A stretch of 64,000 nucleotides of DNA from Azolla caroliniana (lineage: Eukaryota; Plantae; Polypodiophyta), in NCBI GenBank assembly GCA_043228905.1, contig JBHGNT010000097.1:1-64000 (forward strand), read 5' to 3'. This document shows positions 12,390-25,036 of the stretch, piece by piece. Each line of letters opens with the position of its first letter. The first letter of the stretch is position 1. Made by a program: the position numbers and the translations under genes. The notes beneath the pieces are model-generated. The model ran no database searches and was not told the DNA's origin. It saw only the letters and a program-made list of their open reading frames with translations.

Positions 12390-15243
12390 GTAGGGTCGAA
12401 GGTTCAGCATTCAGGCCGTAACATTAGTTAAGCAGAACAAAAAAAAGATTTTTCACCCTAAATGCGTAGTAAAGTGCTCTCCGAACCGAGCTGGATAGTC
12501 TCCTCTCACTCGGCTCACTAACCTGAACTTTCATTGTTACGGCTTCAGATATTTAAACCGCACGCAATTGTTGGATGGTTCCCAGCTTTTCGTATGGGGG
12601 TTCTCATACGGCATAAGTGACAGAGTGGTATTTGTTTCCTTCTTGCCGTAATCACCATTTGTTTGACGAAATCGTTCGTGTGCGATCCCTTTATTATTAT
12701 TGCGGTCGAGTGCCGGTATGTGGTACGCCTGCGGCTCTCGGCTCCGTCACAAGCGGCGCATACGTTCCGTAAGGCGGCGCGCGCTGTTCGGCCACGATCT
12801 GATCTCCATTGTAGTTTTCTTCATGGATCTGGCACTTGCTAGGCCTGTATTGGATCTGGTACTCAATTCCTTGACAGTGGCTTTACTACGTTCGGTCGTA
12901 GTGTGTTCACAATTCGTACAAACGGAACGTCTGGCATCGATTGCTTCTACAAGATCACCGGGCCTCTGCCGCCCAATCTCGTATGCGATGGTCGGTGGCC
13001 GATAGGCTTTGCTCCCTCTAGGGGCCGGTCCTCGCTCGCCAGCGGTTGCGGACGCTTCGCTAATCAATCTACAGTTCGATTTAGCAGCGAGAACGAAAGC
13101 CAGTAAGTACCGTAGTGTAAGAGAAAGATACCCTGATGATATTTTGTCGCCTGTTTCCAGCAGCAAGGTAGTGGCGATTGGGATACGCTACGAAGAATAG
13201 ACGCGACTCTTGATTCTCTGAAAAGGTGGATTTTGGAAATACTTGAGGAAGTTGTTTGGATCCTTATCACAAAACCCTCATTCTTTACCTCTATTATTTT
13301 TTCACGCACGAATTCCGTTCCCTTTCATGACCCTTTGTTCTACCACATTCCTCCCATTCCATGAACTTTTGTTTCTTTCACTCTCGGAGTAGGCGCGAAG
13401 CCAGCCAGCCTTCCCGGCTTTACAGGTTTCGACTAGGGAAGTCTTTATATCAATCAAATTTTGGTTGGGTATCTCTCGCACACTTCCTTCTATGAACCTC
13501 GGGCTGTAAGTCACTTTCGAGAGTCTGTCCAAGAAGGCCTGGCTTTCCGTGATCGATACTATCGTGCGTGTTTACCGATACCTTCTCTCATACACTAAAC
13601 GGTACCACGGAGATCTCTACGTACTTGTCTTAGACAAGTATGCTGAGACCTTCCCAGCCCCCGTGGAAGCGGCAAAGGCTGCAGGGCGAAGCAGATTGCT
13701 CTAAGAAAAGAAGGGTTCGCACCTGCGGCCTGTACAAGTCTGTCTTAGAATTATGGTATGCTAAAGGGCATAGCAGCAAGCGCCTACAGCTAGATTTGGG
13801 AATGCAAGGGGGGCGGGGCGGGGCGGGGCGGGGCGGGGCGGGGCGGGCGAGAGATCCCGCTATGCTTTCTTTGCGGCATGATACTACGGAATCAAGGCCG
13901 CAGGTCCAGCAGTATTTTCACGAAGATGCCGTCTATAGTGGTTCCCTCGAGCCCAGCCCTTGGTCGTCATTGACCTGAGATTAGGTGCTAGTTTTTCATA
14001 GGCAGCAATCCGTCATATATCTATGTCCCATCGAAATGGTCTTTCGACCTTCGCTCGATCTCGACAGCTTAGATCCCATAAGACACGTAGTTGTTGTTCC
14101 ATTGTCGTCAAAGCCTCGAGCTTTAATCCATCCGGACCTGGAGTCAATTTTCTCGTGTCATTCAAGTGTACAACGTCCATCAATGATAGTTCATTAATGT
14201 CCATTGATTTAGACTCCTTCTCCGCCACCTTATACAAATAAGATCGATAGGGGTCGGGCCTTTCATTTGAGGGCCCCTGTTCCCTAGCCCTCACAACGAA
14301 CCACCGTACGGAAGCCTTTCGACTCGTACGGCTCGCCCTCTCAGATCTAGACCCTGGCATTACCAGTTAGGTCTTTACCCGTTGTTCTGCCACGGCGAGG
14401 CCCAGTCTAGCTTGCGTGTGGAGTGGCGTACAGATTTGTTAAGGAAATGTCCGTTGCCTTAGTAGAGAACAGTACAATCCTGGACTGGCCCTCTTTGTAT
14501 TAACCGCTAAGGTCTATGTCGTCACTACGAGCGAGGCCTCTGAACTCTTCAAGGACGCCGTCAAAGAAGGGGATGATTGGCCCCGACTTTTGAAACTACT
14601 AGGTTTTCCTTTTTAGTGAGAGCTATGCGGCCCTTGCTTTTCATGCGGAAAAAAGAAGAAACCTTGCTTGGCTTGCCAAAGTAAGCTCAGCAGTCAGCCT
14701 ACGGGCGCACGGTAAGGTGTTTGGCTTTTTTTTGCCGGATCTAGAGAGATACTACGAGTCCCCCGCCCCAGATTCCCGAATCCGCGGTTATCTAGTTCGC
14801 CGGTACTACCAAAAACTCTGATGCTTACGTTACCGAACTAGTAGTGTCAGTCCGAACGGCCGGCGGAAAACCCAGTTGTGCTTTTAGCATCGGCTCCGTA
14901 TCGAAGTTGGAAACTCCCCGTGCTCTGCCATAAATGCTTGGAGTCCATATTTATTATGGTGGAGATAATGCTGTGATAGAATTGATTGCTCAATAACCTA
15001 ACCGAGCGCGCGTTCGAGTCATTGGCTCGTCCAACCTCGCATTCATGAGTAACCCATTCAACTGTCTTTCGGAGACACGGTCGGAAAGTGAGGGCCGAAA
15101 GTGGCTGGCCTCGCTCTTTCCTTTCGCAACAGGCTATGTTCCCTATTTATTAAGGTAAGTTGCCTCCGTCTCATCGCGAGCACCTACAATGTTGTGATTA
15201 CATTGTTTAGTAATACATTTACTTGGTGGTTTAACGGTCGCCT
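12390..15243 (-). other. Group II intron nad4i1399g2 with degenerate maturase ORF
   Basis: 5' AGGCGACCG; domain V GAGCCGAGTGAGAGG..CTCGGTTCGGAGAG at ~12475-12516; ends in AC. Confidence 0.88.
12580..14600 (-). pseudogene. Degenerate intron-encoded RT/maturase/endonuclease within nad4i1399g2
   Basis: TPGPDG (RT0-like), LRYLLAFVLAAK (domain X-like) and RKQIPLCHLC (En/HNH-like) occur in the expected order in broken frames. Confidence 0.75.
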
Positions 15244-15666
15244 CTCCAGGAATGGAAGGTAAAAATGTTAGAACTTCTCTTCTATTCAAATCGGAGAATT
15301 TATGGAGGAATTTGGGTTTCGAATTCCCAAAAACCACACGATTATATAGCCAAAGAGGATAGGCTGCGCCTAAAATCATCCCAAGTGCCGCCGATGTGGC
15401 CACTAAGCTATTTTTTTAAGAAGCTCCCACTAGAATAGGAAATTCCCCAATGGAGCTGCTAGTGCCGGGTAAACTCATATTAGCTGGAGTAGAAAGTAAT
15501 GGAATGGTGAAGAAATTTAGCATGGTGCTTGCTAGACCTCCGTAATACCTAACAGGTCGGGTCTTATATCAGTCGTATGGAGCACCAACGCATGAGAAAA
15601 GGGCTAAAAGAACCAGTCCATAACTTGACGTGGGTAAAATGCTACCTTCAATTCCCTATATGTTTG
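15244..15666 (-). CDS. nad4: nad4 middle exon (423 nt)
   Basis: NI*GIEGSIL..LGMILGAAYPLWLYNRVVFGN..; length equals the canonical 977-1399 exon. Confidence 0.92.
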
Positions 15667-17339
15667 ATAGAGTGAAATCTTCTCCCCGAGTACGCCGATT
15701 CCTCCCTGAACCGTACGAGGTAGTTACCTATCATACGGCTCTCTAACTCCACTTATTGGGTTGTTCTGCTTCCAATCGATGGTAGTACCTGAGATCTGTT
15801 ACTGAAATGAACCCCTTTGAACATAAAGCCGCCCGCTTTCTATTCATGGTTGGCATGTATCCTTCCGAAATCGGCACCCGTCCGCCTAAAGAGAGAAAGC
15901 GTGTAGTGCTTTCCCGGGCGGGGCCGGAGGCCCTCTGAACCGAAGGTTCTCTAGAAAACCTTTTTCCCGAGAAAAGAAAAGTGCTCCCGATGATGCGTAA
16001 GGCTGCGGACTTACTAAATAAAGGGTCTGGAACCGGATACGATAACGGCGTATCCTGAAAGCAAGCCTCTAACTCGAATAGGATTGTGCCGTCAATGGCC
16101 TTCCCATCAGGAGGGAGAGGAGGGCCAGGTGTCCGCCTGTATTATTTTTTTTGGCTTACTCTTGGGTGGACAGTAACCTATGAACCTATGTTACATGGAA
16201 AGCCGGACTGTGGCATGTAGTTTTATTGTTGTTACGAGGGCTGGAAACCAACCGGTTCGCACAAGTATCAATCCCATTCTGTGTGGTGGCAGACACATCC
16301 GCTAGGGGATCCGTGGAGATTGGCTCCGCGCGCAAATGGCGGCCGGGTGAAGCCGGCGTGGAGTAAGATCTGCTGCGAGGGTCATGCAGATACATAGGCC
16401 CCTTCCCTTCCGCCGAATCGTTCAGCGCTTTCCGCCGTTCGCACGGTCCTTTAGTGGGAGTTGGGCAGGTGCTATGGGCTTCTGACTTCCAGCTACGCGC
16501 CCCTTGCAAAGCAGCGAATGGAGGCTGATAGTATTTTAAACGCGTTCAAAATACTGAAAATCTTTTTAGCGACATGAATAAAAAGAATAAATTCATTCGT
16601 GAAAGAATGAATGAAGGGTTCGCCGCTCAGCTGAATCTCGCCGGTGTCACCTATAGGCTGCGACGCCTAGAGTTGTCGTTTGTGCACCCCACCCGTCCCC
16701 AATGAAATGAGTAATCCACTCCCTTGCCAATTGTGGCCTTAGCACTTAGTCTCGATGGCTGGCGGGGAGTGTAACAGCTTATGTTCGCGCGTCTTCCCAC
16801 GCGTACTGGACACGTGTCAGCTGTAGGAAGTATTGTTCCGGAAACGACTCCAATTCGCCAATTCAGGCTCAACTCGCTTGACGTTAGCGGACTTGCATGA
16901 TACTATCGGGCAATCCGGGAAGATGGCGAGGGAAGAGAATGCGTTAAGGCTGTGAACTTTGAGTTTTCCTCTCTGAGCCCAGAGAACGCTATGCATTTTT
17001 CAGGGGCTTTAGCCACTCAACCGAAGGGAAGAGGGTAAACTGATTCTTACTCTGTAGAGCCGTGCTGCGCATTTTCGTTCGTAGAGCTAGCGAAGTCCCC
17101 TCACCTACTCTACTCTCCTTGCCGCCTTTTGATGAGAAAAGTAGAAAATGAAACAACGCCGCCTCTAAGGCCCCGCATCCAGCACAAGTACTTCCTGCTA
17201 AATTCAATCAAGCTGCTTCTACGACATGCTACGCTTTCTGTCCTATGGTTAGAAGGTTAATTGGTCGCACGTCCGGCATACAGGTTTTTTTTGGCCTTGC
17301 GTGTTCATAACTTAACTATAGGTGACCTTACGGCCGCCC
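15667..17339 (-). other. Group II intron nad4i976g2
   Basis: 5' GGGCGGCC; domain V GAGCCGTATGATAGGTAACTACCTCGTACGGTTC; 3' CTCTAT. Confidence 0.9.
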
Positions 17340-18306
17340 GACTAGACATACCAATAGTTACAAAATTCATATAGGCTACTAAAGGGTAGGCAATAATCTT
17401 TTTCAGATCAATTTATCTTATAGTAGTCAGGAGAGTGTATATAATAGCAATCACGCTTAGAGTATAAATAAAAAGAGTAAAATAAAGTATCACTCCAGGA
17501 AACATGAGTACAGAAAATCTTAAAAAACCATAGGTTCCCAGTTTTAAAAAAATTCCTGCCAAGATTACAAATCCAGCTGTAAGTACCTCTACATGAGCTT
17601 CGGGTAACCAAATATGAACTGGTACCATAGGCACTTTTACAGAGAAAGAAGCGAAAAAGGCGAGCCATAGCAAGATTTAGCGCCATTCACTAGACTCTGT
17701 GGTTAATAATATATGCAAATCGATAGTTCCCGTCTGAAAGAAAATCAATAAGATAGCTAAGAGCATGAAGACAGATCCAAGCAAGGTATATAAGAGAAAC
17801 TAATGTGCCGCTCATATTTTTCTTTATCTAGAACCCCATACCCCTATAATAATAAACATAAAGATTAACACGCTTTCGAAAAAAACATAAAAAAGTAAAA
17901 TATCCAGCATGCGAGACACAGCAATCGTAAAAGATTCACCAATTGAAAATGCTATTATATACTCTTTCTTAAAACTTTCGATACTGGACCAACCTACTAA
18001 AATGCAAATGGAAACTGAAGACATGGTCGAGACTGCTAAAGATAGGAGAGTACCGTCTATACCTATGATGAAATTGATGTTTGAATGGGGAAGCCATCAA
18101 ATAGTTTCCGCAAATTAAAATTTGGCTGTAGAATTATCGGATCATGTCCGAAAAACTGAAAAATACGAGAAAATCATCAAAAAAGCGCACAGACCAGTGA
18201 TTCATATCCGTCATATTCCGAAATCGAGAAAAACCGAAGAAATAATGCTTCCCAACGGAGAACATAGGGTGAGACCACTGAGATGGGATTCCGCTAATAA
18301 CATCAT
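17340..18306 (-). CDS. nad4: nad4 first exon (no i461 intron)
   Basis: [55 protein letters not shown]. Confidence 0.92.
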
Positions 18307-18716
18307 CTTTTAATTTAATAAGTCTGTTCGGTTTTTTCCCTTTTTCTCTCTCCTCCATATGCATGGGAGTTAAAGGTTGGTTCTTCAACAAGTCGCAGCA
18401 ATGCAATGCAATGCAATGCAATGAAGGCCTTCGCTTTGTCTCGTCGACCGCAAACAAAGCGGCGATGGGCTGGCTTTCCGCGTTTCCGTAAAGAAAATCG
18501 AAAGAACTCTGATTGATTCTTATTCGTAGTTGGGATGCAGGGATAGATTTATTTCTTCCTCGAAGAACCGTACGAACGATTAGGCCGCTGCGATTTCCAC
18601 ACGCAGACACGCGGATTCAGCATGAAGGGCGGGCGATTTATTCCCCGATCGAACGAATGAATGAATGAATGAATAGGGTGTCGTTCGCAATGACAAGGAA
18701 CGTTAGCTGGAAACGC

Positions 18717-18975
18717 GGTCAACTAACGGGCACAAGTGCAATATTTTCATTTTGGTGTGACTCTTGGTTGGAGAAGGCCACACCACAGTTGGTCTCTTCT
18801 CCATAAGCCGGACCGCCAACGTCAAGGCGAGATCACATTGGTCCAGTCCCCGCATAGCCAGTGGAAGGGTGAGGTGCATCCACTCAGATAGCATGGGGAG
18901 GTCGAATGACTGCGGCCACGTCAATCCGCTTCTTTTCTTTTCTTGTTGGGCCGCTAGCAATTGTCTAGCTTCTGC
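18717..18975 (-). repeat. 259-bp repeat, inverted relative to 2985-3243 (most of it also at ~47740-47966)
   Basis: Reverse complement of 2985-3243. Confidence 0.95.
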
Positions 18976-19960
18976 GTTTAGTTTTTTTTTTCGCTCTCGA
19001 ACGGTTACGATGAACCGGTGCATATGGCCGGAGAACCAACCTTTGGTTCGAGATGGATTCGGCCTTCCCTTACGTCATGTTCATGGCCTTGCATTCCAAT
19101 GATCACTGCGCTTCACTTGGCTCCAGAGAGCAAGAAGGCCTAGCTAGAACAACAATCTCAGTGACAAAATTGACCTCGGCTAGAAGGTTACGTAAGTGAA
19201 TTTCAGTCGGGCCAGCAGCAGTGTTCACATGTTCATAGATGCTCCAATGAAAAAGCATAAACATCACGAAGCCCGTCTAAAGTTTAGTTTTTTTCTTCGC
19301 TGAAAAGCAGCAGCTCTCGATACACTGGTGCATATGGCCGGAGAACCAACCTTTGGTTCGAGATGGATTCGGCCGAAGGGAGTGAGAACCGGCGTGTTGG
19401 CATTAACAATCATGCTCTCATCTTTCGAATCAGTCGTTACGGGGTCAATGAGCTAGCTCGTAGCTACGAGAGAGATTCCCTAAGAACAAGGTGGTTCTGG
19501 AATACGAGATAAAGCAACGAGGACAGTGGGAACAAGACCTTTTGGTGGTGGGACCCTGGACTGTTTAAGTGTTGGTCCCGGGGCACCTATCCTGGCGCAT
19601 TCTTGCTTGCTTGCTTGCTTGCTGAACCCGGGTTGGCGTTAGCTAACCGCCTACCAAACTTGACCTGCTTTCATCTTGGGGCCTGACCCGCTTTATTCCT
19701 CGTCGTTGAGGGCGTGCTTGCTTGCTTGCTTGCTTGCTTGCTGGGGCACTCGACCGCAATAAAGGGAGAGAAGCTTTCACGACTTCCCACGGTGTGGCCA
19801 TTACTCTCAAAGGGTAAGCTGGTTTCACCGTTATGAGCCAGTTATTGAAAAAGCGTTCGCACGCTTGTGGGGCGAAAGGCCAGAGGAGGACTCCTTTTCC
19901 CTCTTCTTGTGGTCCTTCGGACTTCAACAAAGGAACGGCGGAGTCGTAGCTCTTTGATTC
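18717..19960 (-). other. 5' part of the split rrnL group I intron
   Basis: Follows exon end GGGGU; P-like ATAACGGTGAAA, Q-like ACACCGTGGGAAG, R-like GTAACGACTG, and P3 TGGCTC/GAGCCA with an insertion between P7 and P3' (subgroup IA-like). Confidence 0.75.
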
Positions 19961-20972
19961 ACCCCTAGCCACGAGTCATCCCCGTATTTTGCCACATACG
20001 TGAGTTCGGTCCTCCAAGGCCTCTGTGGAGAGCTCGATTCAACCTGCTCGTGGCTAGATCAATCGGTTTCGGGTCAAATAGAAACAACGCCGAAGATTCA
20101 ACCTCGTTGCGCCTACACCTAATGGCTTAAGCCGCTGTTCCCATTCACTCGCTGACCCATTATGCAAAAGGTACGCCGTTAGGGTGGAAAGTGCTAAAGC
20201 GAGAGCCGACAACGCGAAGCTTCGCTCAAGGGTTCGCGTATGCGAACATTAGTGGCTTTGCCTCCGAAAGCTACAGCGCTTTCTCAGCTTCGCGTATGCG
20301 TTCCATCGAACATTAGTGGCTTTGCCGCATTTTCTCAGCTTCGCTCTTCCGACTGATAGTTTGCATCGGATTTCAGGTTTTCTATTGCACTCCCGGCATA
20401 CGGCGGGGTCTTTTCACTTTTCCCTCACGGTACTTGTGGTACGCTATCGGTCATTGAGGAATACTTAGGCGCGGGGGTGGTCCCCCTTAGTCACGTAAAG
20501 CGATCATTATTCAAACACGGTATCCGCGTTTTGTAATGGTAATCAAACTTGCCAGGAAAGATCTACGGGGCTATCACCTTCTTTGGCCAGATCTTCCAAC
20601 CTTTTCAGAATTCCTTGAGGAAGGGTTCCCACCCTTCCCTCTACTGCAAGTTCTCCCCCGCACGGGGCCAGGGAAAGCGGCCCTTCTGGGCTGGGGCCCC
20701 TTCCCTTTTCTTTGCCTAATCCGCTTTCGCTCGCCGCTACTAACGGAGTCTCAGTTGATTTCCTTTCCTTTAGCTACAATGATGTTTCAGTTCGCTAAGT
20801 TTCTCAAGTCCGAGGCAGAGCCGCAGCACACGGCATGCCCGGCAAGCTTGGATACGGTTTCCCGATTGGAAACCCATGGATCACAGACGGTATCTCCCCA
20901 TGGCCTTTCGCCTTTGGAAGCGTCCTTCCCTCTCAATGCCCAGGCATCCATCCAATGCATTCTTTTCGATGC
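19961..20972 (-). rRNA. rrn26: 26S (LSU) rRNA exon 1 (5' part)
   Basis: Starts ..AAAAGAATGCATTGGATGGATGCCTGGGC, contains AGTAGCGGCGAGCGAAAGCGG, ends GGATGACTCGTGGCTAGGGGT; 5' end approximate. Confidence 0.93.
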
Positions 20973-21270
20973 AGTAGGAGTTGAACCTACCGAACACCGT
21001 ACAAAATCTTAATGAGTGTTCTGCGATCGCCACTCAACCTGTGACTGCTTAAAACCGAGACAAAAAGAAGCCCGCATAGATTATTATACAATAATCTTCG
21101 GACGTTTGTAAAATGCGGAAGAAGCGCGGAAAGAATTGGTCGAGTACTTGGACAGAGGATTCATTGTTTCGACGAAAACGTCTACCAAATGACCCTGCAT
21201 CCTCTGTTTTTTCCTTTACGCTCTTGAGTTCTCTTTCCGTGCTGTGCGATACGAAGTTTGTACAATCCGC

Positions 21271-21308
<38 letters not shown>

Positions 21309-21593
21309 AAGGGCTTCGTCCTTCCTCCTTTCTTAGCGTCTCGTTTAACTAAACACTTTAGATTTCCCTGACAAGTTCCCTAGCTCTCTCGAGCGTAAGA
21401 GTTGAGGAACAGATTTTCCGATAATGCATGCCAGCCAGGGATTTACGCATCATTGGTATTGTGTGTTTACCGTTCTAATCTGTCTTCACATCCATAGCTT
21501 GCTTTTTTGCGTTGTCGTACGCCTTTTCATTGTTTCTGGCTGATATCAGATTCGCATCTGACCTTTAGGCAATCGCATATACGATTTGAAAGG

Positions 21594-21711
21594 GTCCGGG
21601 CTGTCGAACCACGTCTCCCGAAAATTATCAGTACATATGGCAGAAAACGCTTTTCACATATCGAGGTCGGAATGGGATCGGGTGTTTCACGTCTTACAAA
21701 GATGCCCGGAC
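21594..21711 (-). rRNA. rrn5: 5S rRNA
   Basis: CCGGGCATC..GACGTGAAACACCCGATCCCATTCCGACCTCGATATGTG..GTACTG..CGGGAGAC matches plant mt 5S. Confidence 0.93.
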
Positions 21712-21773
21712 GGAACGAAACGCTTGATTAATGAACAAAAGAGTGCTAACGACAAAAGCGGCGGGCGCCGAAC

Positions 21774-21810
<37 letters not shown>

Positions 21811-21893
21811 GGAAAGTGCAAATACAGCTGGTACTTAGCCTTCGATCGCTACCAACCTCACAAGGATGTCATCAATTCGCAGGTGGTTATTAA

Positions 21894-22673
21894 GTAAAAA
21901 GTGTAATATAAATGGCTACCAAACCAAAGTTCTTCTTTTGAACTTTCAAGAAGGCCTGAATATTCATGGATTATTATACGATAATCTTTAATGCGGCTCA
22001 GATTGCGGAAAGAATTGAATGCTGGAATTTCGAAATTCCGTTGGTAAAATTCAGAAGGATCATGCAAGAAGGCAATATCATCTTCTGGCCATAATCTGCG
22101 AATCCAGCAAAGCAAAGCAAAGCAGCACTTTTCTTTTCACTTTAAACCGAGCCGGCGGCAATCTTGATGAATCACTGGCAAGAAGATGCTTTGCACTTTT
22201 CTTTCCACTTTAAAGCAGCAATCTTTGAACTCGGAAATGGCACTTTTCCCTGCAAGCCTGAAACGCACGCCTTCCCCAAAAGAAAAGCGGAACCACCTAA
22301 CGAGTATTTTAAACAGCAAGCATGATGAACCGGCATGTTCATCAAACCAAACAGGTTCTTCATGCATGCATGAAGGCCTTCATGATGATGAAAACCGCTT
22401 CATTGGAATGTCACCGTCTCATTGACAACACGAATGATAACGAATTGACAATATGAATAGTCACGTTAGTTTCCCATTCTTAAGCATGGATTATTATACA
22501 ATAATCTTCATTTGCTTTTTTACTGTTGACAACATGTAGTGCGGGGGCAGGGTTTGAACCCGCAGTCTTCAGGTCATGAGCCTGACGAGTTGGCCATTTA
22601 CTCCACCCCGCAAGCAAGCAAGCAATTGATCTCTCTCTAGCGAATCGGAATTTATTTTAGAAAAAAAGAAGCC
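21894..22673 (+). repeat. ~780-bp direct repeat (other copy 59456-60229); its left part is an inverted copy of ~2403-2728
   Basis: Identical ORF translations; includes trnfM. Confidence 0.93.
22539..22612 (-). tRNA. trnfM: tRNA-fMet(CAU), copy 1
   Basis: GCGGGGTGGAG..TCAGGCTCATGACCTGA..GGTTCAAACCCTGCCCCCGC. Confidence 0.9.
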
Positions 22674-22984
22674 AGAAAATAGATTGCCATAGCCATGGGT
22701 TCAAACCTTTCCCCGAAGCTGCCGGCCGAAATCAACCGTTGCCAGTCGTTGTGTCCAACGAAGCTACGCGTAATGACTGTCCCTACCAAAAGACAAACAA
22801 ACAAAGCATTTCTATAGGAGGTAACTGGGCCAATTCCCGCAAACCACCTATAGGTTAGGTGGCGGTGATCTATCGGCTTGTTCAATTCCCGCCGTTATCC
22901 GCTCACCCGCCTAACGCTCCTACAAACAAAAGGGAGGGTCTCCTTAGTAATTACGTGAGGGGGCCTCCTTCCCCATCTCTTGAA

Positions 22985-24171
<1,187 letters not shown>

Positions 24172-24446
24172 ATAGAGTCAAGCTTCTGCCGAGGAGAAGT
24201 GATCGTAGTTGTGCTCTCCGAACCGTGCGGAATAGTCGCCCATTACACGGCTCTCTAACTTGACTTTATCTGGGTCTTGTTTAACCCCAGAGGCCGAAAG
24301 GAGGGTGGAAACTTCCTCACAAGTTCCCTCCTCCTTTCCTCCTTGGGGACCCACTTTGTGATTTCCTGAAGTCCACTCTCTCCTGGAGTTTGCAGAGAGG
24401 AAAATGGCTTTTCAGTTAAGTCAGGTAAAACTTGCTTGCCTTTTCG
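24172..24446 (-). other. 3' part (DIV end, DV, DVI) of group II intron atp1i361g2
   Basis: GAGCCGTGTAATGGGCGACTATTCCGCACGGTTCGGAGAG..CTCTAT. Confidence 0.88.
24406..24446 (+). repeat. 41-bp direct repeat at the atp1 intron break (partner 36704-36744)
   Basis: GGCTTTTCAGTTAAGTCAGGTAAAACTTGCTTGCCTTTTCG is present at both sites. Confidence 0.95.
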
Positions 24447-24538
24447 CCGAAAAAGCAATAGAAAAAAGTTATGAATACAAGAAAGAAGAAACCGCAACCG
24501 CAGCCCTGGATGATTCTTCCTGAAGTAAGTTCTAAAGA

Positions 24539-24928
24539 ATGCCATTCTTTTCCGTAAAGACTTTTCTTCTCATTTTCGAATTTGCCCCTATTTCTTTCTA
24601 CCTAGTCATCAGTTTGCTACCTTCCCTGATCCCAATTGGTGCTTTTTTCGCATTTGCTTTGAAAGGTTCGGCCTATCCGGATAAATTGTCAGCTCACGAA
24701 CGCGGTTCTGACCTACTTGGTGATGTCAGAAGTCGTTTTGATACATGACCTTATTCGGTCTCCCCTTCATTTATTATCTTCGATTCGGAAGTGACCCTCT
24801 CGTTTCCCCGGGCAGTATCCTCGAACAAGATTGGTTGGTTTGGATTTCGGTCTATGATGGTGTTTGTACGGATTCCGACCATTGGATCTCTTCATGAATG
24901 GAAAAAGGGCGCTCTGGACTGGGAGTAA
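24539..24928 (+). CDS. nad3: NADH dehydrogenase subunit 3 (N-terminally extended; needs editing)
   Basis: EFAPISFYLVISLL..YPDKLSAHERG..HEWKKGALDWE*. Confidence 0.92.
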
Positions 24929-25036
24929 CCGACACTGAAGAGTCAGGCCCCATCAAGGCAGATGCATGATGAACGCTTTTCGGGGCCGCACGCAGAAGGA
25001 AAAACACAGAATGAACCGAATACTACTATTACTATC

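Noticed and set aside
20969-20990. T-arm-like GTAGGTTCAACTCCTACTGC at the rrnL 5' border
   Set aside because: Too short to call a tRNA; no upstream cloverleaf
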